DNA of 64,000 nucleotides, taken from contig MEDY01000087.1 of NCBI GenBank assembly GCA_001724265.1, forward strand, positions 1-64,000, read 5' to 3'. The translations under genes and the position numbers were made by a program. Under the pieces are notes generated by a model. The model ran no database searches. It was given only the letters and a program-made list of their open reading frames with translations, and had not been told where the DNA came from. Positions 33,984 through 44,900 of this stretch are shown in pieces. The stretch is from Rhizaria sp. SCN 62-66 (Eukaryota). Positions within the stretch are counted from its first letter, which is position 1. Each line of letters opens with the position of its first letter.

Positions 33984-35636
33984 ATGAGCGACTCTCTCGT
34001 ATTCAAGTACAGGTTCCCCCTGGCAGCGGTCCAACAAACGCAACAAGGTGTAGACACAAAACCTGGCATAGATGCCGTTTGTGAATTAGATGTCTCGTTA
34101 TCCCTGACGGCATTGGAGCACTCTGTCGCAACAGACGCCTCACTGGAGGCCCTGACTGCGTCAACCACCACCGATACCACCAGCGGTAGTGGCGGGCATC
34201 GAGACCGCGAGCGTACGAACGCAAATCTGGCCGCGTTCACATTTGGCGTACAAGAACACGAGTATTCTGCTATGGGACTACACCCTTGGCCTTGCGGGGT
34301 AGTTCTGGCAGAGTTCTTAGCCCGTAATCCTCGGGTCTTTTTGGGTGCGACAGTGATCGAGGTACGAATATCATCCCGTAAACGGTCATAAGTGCTCTTG
34401 AAACGAGGTGATTTAAATATATTGTGTAACCTGGTATGTCATGTTTATCGCTAAAACGACTGCTTCCACTTCTTGTTTCTGGTATCCTGACGCCCATAGA
34501 TCGGTTGTGGCACTGCTCTACCAAGCTTGCTTTGTGCAACCTCTGGCGCAGCACGCGTGATCTCCACTGATGTGCACGACCAGGTGTTGGCGAACCTGCG
34601 CTCAGTTTACACGAAACACGGTTTAACTGTGACAGCATTGCCCACAATCACCGGCGTGGGAATTCTCGGCGACCAACAATCGCACGCGACAAACGTAAAT
34701 CATACGTTACGCGAGACCCCCACAGCGTGTGACTTCAGCGCAATTGTTCGGAAGAATGCTGAGGTGCATGTTTCAAAGCTACCATACGCTTGCCCTTTCT
34801 CATTTCAGACTTTGGCACGCTCGGTCGCCGCCGTGGCTACTCAAAAACACCAATCATTTGGTGCACATGTGCCAGGCGGACGGATTACGCCGAGCCACTC
34901 ACCGAGGCATCACGCTGGGAAGCGCGGACTGCGTGTACATTGGACGCTTGCGGCTGACGTAGCGTATAGCCCGGACACTGCGGCTGAGGCGGTCGCTCTG
35001 ATTGCTAAAATCGGCGCTCCAGCTCTTGTTGTACGTTTATAGTTTCTTGGAGCGAATAGCATAGACTTAACGAACCTATTGCTGCATCATTTTCAGTGTC
35101 TCTTGTAATTTATATGAGATTCGTTAAGACAAAACTCTCATCTCACTTGTATTTGAACGATTTTGTATGTTTCCACGTCACAGACAGTGGAGGATCGTGG
35201 CGCTGCTGTTTTGTTGGCTTTTGCGCAGTCTGCTGCAGCGTGCTCGTTGCGCTGCTATCAGATGTGGCCACAGTGTGACGCAGTGCCCGAATGCGTTGTG
35301 AACGCGTTGAAAAGCTTTGATCAGGCCACGCGAAACTGCAGTCTTGAAGACAGCCAATAGGAAAGCACACACAATACCGAAGATGAAGAGTCTGGTCAGT
35401 GGAATCCGAGGAACTGGGACTGCAATGTGGGCAAGTGGCAGCAACGCCGTGTCACTTCAACAACTGAGGTGAACATGAGCCCCAACACTAACTCTGAATA
35501 TGTCCACTATGGTCACGAATCTGAAACGGGTGTGGAAAACACTGTCAGTGATGTACACGACGGCACTACTGACGAAACTGTTGTTATGTTATACCTGATG
35601 GTCCCCAATTGCTTTCTGTCGAATAGCAGTCGTTGA
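33984..35636 (+). CDS. METTL23-like SAM-dependent (seven-beta-strand, MTF16 family) protein methyltransferase; exons 33984-34361, 34500-35030, 35184-35636; in-frame TAG at 35358-35360
   Basis: GLHPWPCGVVLAEFL, motif I VIE|IGCGTALPSL, VISTD, motif II LAADVAY, LV|TVEDR; the likely last strand TVVMLYLMVP lies after the TAG; the frame closes at TGA 35634-35636. If TAG is a true stop, the CDS ends at 35360. Confidence 0.8.
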
Positions 35637-35966
35637 GAAATGTTGTTTATGATTAGGGGGTGGGGGAATTATTGTCAATACATGTGTATGGTGACTATCT
35701 AGTAATGAAAGAATAGTCGGTTTGAAAATCATACGCAGGTAGCTCCATGTTGAGCGTATCAACGACAACATTATGTGAATGATAAAATCAATGAAATGAT
35801 TTAGAAGTAGCAAGAAGTAATCAAGTTCATGCAAAAAAATAAAAACGCAGGTTAAAAAAAAATACAGAATCAAAAAAACGCAATCAAAATGATGAACATG
35901 ATTTTAAATCACAAATAAACATTGTTCTGTGTGCTGTAACGAGGCATTTAAAAACAAAAAAGTTGC

Positions 35967-38900
35967 TCAGTTATCACCTTGAGTGTTGGTGACCCGCGAG
36001 TGAGCAGTGTTCATATTCTCAGTCGTGTCAACAAGAGCAAGAGTAATGCCTGTGTCTGAGCCTGCAGCTGCGGCAGCAGCAGCAAGCGATGATGGCAGTG
36101 TCACGACATTCTTGCCTCCAGAGGCATTACCTCCAGAGGCGTCAGCGCCCGTGCCGGTGGCCGCAGCAGAAGACTCCGCAGAGTTGACAGTGGAAGTATA
36201 TGTCTGCAATGAATCAGCATGTGCTTGCAGCCGGTAAAACATCGATGAAGGAGCAGCTTTGCGCACGAACCTGCCACCCACGCGAGGCTGCATGGCGCGA
36301 CTACCTTTGCGTCTGCCCAGAACGCCGAGTGCGACAGCACGGCTGGCAGCATCGTTGTTTTCTAGTGATTGTTGACCTTCAAGTTCGTCACCATCATCAT
36401 CGCCAAAATCATCATCCTCATCCCCGCCGTTGTTCTCTTCATCTTGCTCATCACTTTCCAGTGCCCGCTTCCGCCCCCGATTTACGGTCATATCTGCATT
36501 CGCACTTAAAAACAGCGTCTTCCCAGGGCGGCGACCCTTAATCTGCTCCCTTGGCACCATCTTAAACAACATGCTCGGTAGCACACCTGCAGCCGCGGCA
36601 GTCGCGTTCGCAGTCACCATAGCGTGCGTCGATGCAACTTCGCCGCCGGAAAAAGCTGTAGTCGACATCATCAAAATGTCTGCCGCCGTAACAGCGGCGA
36701 AGGCGACGCCCTCTGCTGCAGCAGCAAGTGAAACGGGATCGCCTGTGCGCGCGGCTGTCGTGGCAGCCGCGGCGGCAAACGTTCGCGTCGTTGTAGGGCC
36801 GTTGGGAGACGGGAATGATGGCAGAATAAGAGAACTCAGCGAGAGTAAAAGTTGCAGGTATCGCTGGCTAGGCAAATGTTGAGAGTTGTTAGTCGGGATG
36901 TCACCACTGTCACTGTTCGTATGGCTCTCAGTGCAACTCTCGGACTGTTTAGGCCATGCGTGCACAATAATCCGCGCGACCGGTGTGCCGCCCATTCTGT
37001 CCGCAACGGGCACAGTCGTCACAGCGCACAAGGCACCGGCCGAAGCAAGCAAAAGCGCGAGCGATGCCGCGAGCGAGCCAGAGGGAACCCAAGAAACACC
37101 ATTCTTAGCCTTTGATGCGGTGTCACTGGCCTGGGATGCTTTGTTATCATCCTGCGCTACTCCTTCTTTGCTAGTGGTGTCTTTTGTAGAACTATCCTTA
37201 GACGGCTTTTGCGATGGCGGCTGCGACGTCGGCATGGCATACGATGCCGAGAACAACAGATTGCCCTCTTCTGCGAGGGTGGATGGGGCCGTCACGTTTG
37301 CCGCTGCAGATGCGCTACTGGTGTCAGCGTTGTCGACTGCATTGCTCTGGTTGCTCGTAAAGGGGGTGTCTGAGAAGGGCAAGTTCAGATATTCGTCGAA
37401 ATCATTGTCATCTTCGTCATCAGTTCCACACGCGGTTCCGGAGCCAGTACTACCATCACTGTCATCACCACTAGAGCTACCACCACCACTGTTCTTGCGA
37501 CTGAGCGAAGAGCTGACTGTCTGGGCATCAGTCTTTGACACCGTACTGTGACCGTTGCTGGCATTATCGGCCTTCTTCGCATCAAAAGTTGAAAGTGCTG
37601 GCACACGAGACGGAGTTATGTAAATTTTAACCTCAACGACAGCACAAACCTTGACCATGAGCTCACGCACACCGTCATCGTCGTCATTTTCTCCAGTAGG
37701 ATCGTCGTTGTCTAGAGCTGATGAGGTGGTGCTCGTTGGAGATCGGTCGGCACTAGTTTTACTGTCACTGCCATAATCATCACGTGTAGCTGCATTTTTC
37801 TCGAGCATATCCTTGAGCCTGTTTTTGCGAGACGATGCAGGCACCAGTAGCGGAATATACTGCGCGTCCGGCTCCACTGGCAACGGCGCCTGCGCGCATA
37901 CATCATAGACTGAAGTGCCCAGCGTGACATATCTGTTCTCAACGTCGCTTGTCACGCCTGTCTGCATCATCAAAGTGATGCGCAGAAACCGCGGGCCACA
38001 CCTGCGTGGGCTTGGCAGCGGTGGCGCAGGCAGCGACGACAGAAAACCGCGTTTGCGAGCACCATGGGAAAGCCAGGGGTTGGTGATATAAGGCAGGTAT
38101 GCCGCGGGCACGGTGGTGAAGATGGTGTCAGAGTTCGGTAAGATGAACGGGATAGTCAAGCACGATGAAAGCGCGCGTTGCGTAAGCGGAGCATACGTCT
38201 CGGATGAATCAGACAGATTCTCTGCAGATACATCGTCTGCGGTAGCATCTTCTGTTTTGCTCACTTGCGGAACCGTCGCAGGAACCAGAAGACTATCGTC
38301 GACCTGTGGGTGGTAAGACAGCATCGCAGCGCGCAACAGAACTCTACCAAGTCCTTCCCGTGCCGACAGCGCACCCTCCGCAATATTACCAGCATCAGCA
38401 TCACCCGTCGCCGCGTCATTCATACCCGCGTTGCCACTTGCGGCAGCGGCAGCAGCAGTGGCAGCGGCTGCAGGTTTAGATAAAGCTGCTCCAGGCCAGG
38501 GCCAGGGCTTCGGCAGTTCAATCAGCCCTCGCGGCAGCCCCGCCTTACCAACAGCAAGCGCAAGGGCCGCCTCGGAGCCCACCACAATGGGCGCGGCGGC
38601 CGTGATCGGGCGCGGTCTCAGCCGCGGCCTGCCGCGGCGCGGCGCCTGCAGCACGCGGTTCATGCGGCGAATCACGCGCGCGCGCAGGGAAAGCGACGCG
38701 GCAATGGCGGCGGCGCGGAGCGCTTGGGAGGGAGCAGGTCGCGCGGGCAGGACAAAAGTGGAAGGAAGCGGAACAAATGGGAGCTGAGCGGCAGCCGTTG
38801 CAGCAACGCTAAGCATGGAAGCACCAGCGGCAACAACAGCGGGTGCGTTTTTAGAGCTTGCGTTTTCGACATTTGCCTCACGCGTATCAGAGTTAGAGGG

Positions 38901-41900
38901 AGCCTTGTCGTCAAGCGAAAAGTGCCAAACCGAGTCATCCCCATTAGCATTGTCACTTTGGGCATCAACATCAGCGACATCAGCTGTTGCGTAATTGCTC
39001 GCAATCTGAATATTCGAGCCATCGCCAAACTCATCGTACAACGCATTGCTATCATGGTCACGCATGGCACTCGCACTAGCACTCGTGCTAGAGCTGTTGC
39101 TGCTTGTGGTGGGCAGTGGAACAACAAAAATGCAATGATACAGCAGCGATGTGAACTCCTTGAGCACGCGCGCACGCCTCTGTTCGTAGCTCTCGTCATC
39201 GGGGACGGTGCGGGGCACCTCACTCTCGTCAGAGTCAGAGTCAGAGTCGGAGTCGCTGGTATCAGAGGTGTCCGAGTCACTAAACGCAGCATTCGCACCT
39301 AGGGTGGTGTTCGCCTTGTTGACAATGGCAATCGTGGCAAACTGTTCGCGCCACTCTAGAGCGCGCGAAGGCAGAGCTAGCGCAGCGCGCAGAGCGGCAG
39401 CGCCGCCAGGAAAGCGAATCTCGGCTCTCAAGTGTGTGTTCACAACACCCGGCGCAAGATGATGCGACCGTGAGTGCGACTTACTCCCGGTGATGGAGCT
39501 GTTATTGGAGTGGCGAATATAGTACACCTCGACTAAAGGCACGCGCCTGAGTCCAGAAGTGGTTGTGCTGCAATTGCCGTCATTATTGGCGTCGTTACTC
39601 GTGGATAAAGACGAGGGTACCACTGGAAGAACGTACCTCACGAGACGTCCACCGCCGGAAACTGCGGCGATCGTCGGCGATAGCGCGACGAGTGCAGGGT
39701 TAAACGTACTCCGACATAACGGCACGCGCACGCCTGTAACGCCGAGAACAGCTCCAGTTCCACTGCCGCCGGGACCAAGAGTCTTAGGATCAGTTGCAGC
39801 AAGTGCAGCTGCAGTGGGCGGAGGGGGCACGCGACAAACAGCCTTGTTGATTTGACCGAAACCGATGTTGCTGCTACTACTTGAGCTATTAGTGGCAAGC
39901 AAATGACGGTTGATACGCTTTTGATTCCTGCGATAACGTTCGCTAGCAGCCACCAGCGCCTGCAACACTACAATTGCATCGTCATCGCATGCACCAGCGT
40001 AATCCTTGGGAGTGTCAGCAAACTGCGTCGCAGTGGGCACCACACCGCGCCACACCAGTCCGGTCGAGTCCTCCCATGGAGCGCCACCAGGAACGGTCAA
40101 CGCGCGCAGCAGCGCCGCATGCGCACGAGCTTGACGCGGCTGCAGTGGCTTCTGAGAGCTCAGTGACCCCACGATCGGCCTCGGCACCGACATTGACTGG
40201 GAGTGTAATGGGAGCTGTGAGAACGGGAATTGCCCACGAGCCAGTGCAGCAAGTGCAGAGCGTGGCACTGCTGCAGGACCCAAAGGCTGGGAGAGCACAA
40301 ACGAGCTATCGTTCGTTGTGGCGTCGGCACGGCCGTTGCGTCCCCCGTGCTCCGCCAACGCTGTCTCGGCACTGGGTGGCGACGACTGCGCGCGCACGCG
40401 CGCAAGCCTGATCGCGACGCTGGCAGCGATGACATGGATTCCTCGTGTTGCCAGACTAGATGGCAACAACACGGATGTGGGCTGACGCGGGCGGACCAGC
40501 GTTGCCTGAGAATAATCCACGTTATCGTTGCTGTTCTGAGGCTTGCGTCGGTCCTTCTCTGCAACTTCTGCATCATAGTCAGCGTAACTGTCTTTACGGG
40601 GGCGGCCTGGGCGGCGCTTAATCTCCACGACACTATTGTCTTCACCATTGTCGGCAGCTGGCAAACTTGGACTTAGACGTTCACTCTGGCTCGCGTCGTC
40701 GTCTCCTCCAAGCGGCAACTGCAACAGGCCATCATCCTCGGGCCGCACACGCCGCACGCGAATCGCGCGAGGCGCCAAGAACAGAGAGTGGTGCGCTGCC
40801 GATATCATCTCTTGACTTTTGCGGCGCACCGCAGCAGCTGCCGCAATCGAAGCGACAGGACCAGACATGCTTGGGGCAAACTGCGTGTCGGTTCCCGGAG
40901 ATGGAGAGCGGGAAGCGCGCATGCTCGGGATGCCGAGACTGGCAGCGGACCTGACGGAAGCACGAGTACCAGCAGGGCCTGATGAGTGAATATCATCGCC
41001 GGTGTTGCTATTGCTGTTAGAAGCCTGATCGTCAATTGTCGCGGGAATTAACTGTTTGGGCGCAATACGTTGCCCCTTGACACTGGTATTGGGTGAAACC
41101 CCACTTCCAGTGTTCACACCGAGTTGCATGCTCGTTGCAGTGCCATTCTGGGACTGCTTAGCAAGCAGATGTGCAAGCGCCAAATTTTGATGCTGTTGTT
41201 GTTGTTGTTGGTGCAGTTGTTGTTGTTGAAGTTGCACATGGTGTTGTTGCTTCATGACAATCCCCACCACATACATCCCACCAAGCGGAGTCAGCTGTGT
41301 CACCAAATCTGCTGTACTTGTGCCTGCGTCCGAGCACCGCAGTGCCAGCCACGTTGCGCCGGCAACAGCTGTCGTGACCGCGGGACTGTCATTACTACCG
41401 TGTTTGGTGTTCGCAGCAATCACTGCTGCGGCAGCGTCAACCTGGTGCTTCAACAGGAGCTCCCAAATGGCGACGGGAGACATTCCTGCAGAGACGCTAA
41501 GTGCCGAGTACAACGCCGCAAAGGCCTGGCGTTGCGAGTCAATAAATTCCGGTGAAACGTCATTAAGCGTGAGACCTGGCATTGCAGAAGCAACATCCTG
41601 GGAGGCGACAGACTCAGCCATTGTGTTCGTGTTGATGCTGCTTTTGTTACGTGCGAGTGACCCCGTGCCACCAGCAGCGCTGCCTCTAGCAGTGCCAGCC
41701 CCAGCCCCGCTGTTGGACAAAGGCCCCACCGGGGGACTGAGCGATTTCAACTGTGACAACGATGGCGACTGCAAGTGCAACTGTGACATGGGTTGTAATT
41801 GTGCAGACAGTGACTCGGAACTAGGCGTACTATGAGAGGCATCGGCCGCCCTAGCAGCGCCTCTGGATGAGCTTTGTTGTGCAAGTTGAGTGTGTGTCGT

Positions 41901-44900
41901 CTGCAATTGTTGCATGAGCTGTAACTGCTGTTTCTGCATCATCGTCTGGTGTAGCTGCTGAACGCTCTGAAGTTTCAAGCGTAATGCAGTTTCTTTTTCA
42001 GACAGTTCCTGCATTTGCGACAAAGCAGCGTTTGCGGCAGGTGCGTCACTTGACAGCAGAGATGACGCAGAGGTCATTATGGTGCGGCGCTGAGACAGCA
42101 CCGCTTGAAGCTGCGCTTGCAGCAAAGCCTCCTCCTGCTAAGTCGCAGCCAAGGTCGCAGCGGTTACATTACCAAGAGCACTCGCTGCGCCTCCCTCGCC
42201 TGCGTTAGCGTTAGCATTGAAAGCACGAGTGTTGTCAAAATGAGGGGGCTTGGTAACGTGCATAGCAAAACCACCTTGGCTGAGAGTTGCCTGCGCTTGT
42301 GACTGGGACTGAGAGTGCGGCTGTGGGGGGCGACGTTGCTGCATGTAGTTGTCATCACCGTCGCCCGGTGCGACCGTGGTATCATACATGTCGTTTCCAT
42401 CGCGACCGTCGTCTGTTGTCGGTGCAGCAGTTTGTTGCCGATATTGCAGCTGCGACTGCGCCTCAGCGTCCGCTAGTGCCAGTGACCGCGCTTGCGCCTG
42501 CGCATGACGCGCTTGCAGTCGTAATTGCGCCTGTGACGGAGCAGGGACGTTCGACTGTTTAGGCTTCGGTAGTAGCGGCCTCATCTGTTGCATCTGCCTT
42601 TCTTGTGACAGAAGGTTTTGCTGCTCTTGGAGAAGAATATTCTGCTGCGCCTGTAACAACTGTTGGTGCTCGTAAAATGAGTTTCCATTCGACTCAATCT
42701 TGCTAATATCGGCGTTGTCCTGGCTCTCGCGCTCGCGCTTCACACGCATCAACGCGGTCGAGCCATTTCCAACTCCAGCACCAAATCCGACGTTAGTGTT
42801 AGAGACCGTGCTCGCAAATGAACTTGCGTTAGCGAGGGCGCTACCAGTGGCATATAAGCCCTGTGGCGCGGGCGCCTTGAGGTGCAATCGCACTGCCAAC
42901 AGCGCTGCGTGTGCGCGGGCAGCGCCCACCGCGCGGCGCAACACGCGGAGCGCGAGGCTGCACATGGTGGGAACGGGGAGTCGCCGATGCTGCGTCTGTT
43001 GCGACTGAGACTGAGACTGAGAGATGGAGTGCATCAGCAGCAGAGGCGATCCCGCGCGGGAGGCAGAGCGTGACTGCTGCAACTGCGCTGTCGCATAACT
43101 CCCTCTGCTGTTGCTACCACGCATCTCCACGAGCAGTTGCGCGACGCTCGTCATGCGGCACGCAAACACAAGCGCCGCCTCACCGCCATTCTCGGACAGC
43201 TCGGCCATCGCGATGTCGGCGGGGCTGGCAGTCGGCGTCGGCCGCTCGAGCGCGGATTCGTTGCTGATCCATTTGGCGTGCCCGTCATGGGTTGCACCGA
43301 GAGGCGAGTTGCCGGTGTCTCTGGCCGCAGCTGTCGCAGACGCAGCAGCAGCTGCAGTATATGCAGCAGCATTGGTACCATATTCACCTCCAACCTTCGC
43401 GTTGTTGTTGCTTATAGAAATGCTCTCATCGCCATCGTCGTCGCCACTGTTGTCGCTATAAAACGTGCCGTAGCATGTGTCCGCGTATTCGGCGTCGCGT
43501 TGTATCGCCTCGGTGAGCGGACCAAGCGTCATACTCACCGGCATGCCGAGGATAATTGATCGCAGCAAGTGTGCGAGGCCCGTCACGCCGTGGGGACCCA
43601 GTGTGGCAAAGTGCAGGTACTTCTGCAGCCGGTGCACATGCAGCCCTGCTTCGGACAGCGCGCGGAGGCTGCTGTCTGAGCTGCCAGGGGTCGTCGCCGA
43701 GGTGTGGGTCCGACCGTCATCGGCGTCGTCATCGATGCCGATCTGGTGGCCAGCAGCTGCCGTAACATTGCCATTGCGACTGCTGCTGCGGCTCGCGATG
43801 TTGTCAGCAGCACTGGTATTCGCACTCGTATTGGTGGTGCTGTTTTGCGCGTGTGTCGTCATTGCCACGTGAAAAGTGTGTGGCGTGATAAGATGGTCCT
43901 TGTTGACAACCCTCGCAATCATTGCGTACGCCATCGATGTCAACCGCTCGCGTTCCTTCACTTCCGTCGGGTTCGCCTGCGCCGGCGCGGGTGGCGGCCG
44001 GGTGCGCATGTTCATCGCGCAGTCCACAACCTGCTGCATCAGCGCGCTGTCCAGCCCGTCGTCGTCGCCGACCCCGCTCGCCGCGGCCTGCACCAGCAGC
44101 AGCTCCAGTAGCGTCGGCAGCGGCAGGTGCAGCAGTGACTCGCCGACCCGCGCCACCACGGCCTGCGCGGCCGCAAGCGGGTCCGCCGACGCCGCGACCG
44201 TCGAGGCGGCCTGCGCAGCCGCCTTCGCCGCGGCAATCGCGGTCTCGCGCGCGGCGCCCGTGATCGAGGCGGGGAGCTCGGCGGGGGTGCCGCAGAGTGT
44301 CATGGCGGCAGCCAGCGCAGCCTGCGCTGCCGCGGCCGCCGCGGCCGCAGCGGCCGCAGCGGCCGCAGTGGCAATTGGGCCGGTGCCCGCGGAGCCCGAT
44401 ATCGTGGTCGCGACGGCTGCGGTGACGCCCGCGAACAAGTCCGGCTGACGCACGCGCAGCAGCTCGGACAAAGCCAGCTTGAGCGCGCGTTCGCGGCTCT
44501 CGCGGACACGCCGGGACATCTGCAGCCGCTGAGTCTTGGCCACCGGAAGCGCGGCGGCGAGCCCGACCCACTCGGCGTTGAGGATGTACTTCTGCGCGTG
44601 TGACCGCACTTGCAGCGCGTCCTTAGTCCACACCAGACGCGCGATGCGCTTCCAATTGCGGCCATAGACAGTCAGGCCGGCGACGAAGACGCGGTGCTCG
44701 CGGCGCGTCCACACAATGCGCGGCCGCCGCTGTCGCGATCCCGCAACGGGGTGCAGCGGCACTTGGCCGGCCGCCGTTGCGGCCGCGGCGGCTGCAGCGA
44801 CGGCGCGCGAGCGGAGCATCTCCTCACGGCGGTGAACCGCGTCGGTTACAAGCGCGTCGAGCGTCTCGTCGCCGGAGTCTTCGACGCCGAGCAGCAGCTT

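Noticed and set aside
35358-35360. Pyrrolysine or selenocysteine as the explanation for the in-frame stops
   Set aside because: Sec uses UGA, not UAG; Pyl is known only from archaea and bacteria; both sites lie in unconserved linkers rather than catalytic positions.
42138-42167. A 30-nt in-frame mini-intron (GTAACC...ACTTAG) that would remove the Myb TAG
   Set aside because: All modelled introns are at least 122 nt, AT-rich and start GTAYG; this one has none of those traits and no pyrimidine tract. It is not formally excluded without RNA data.
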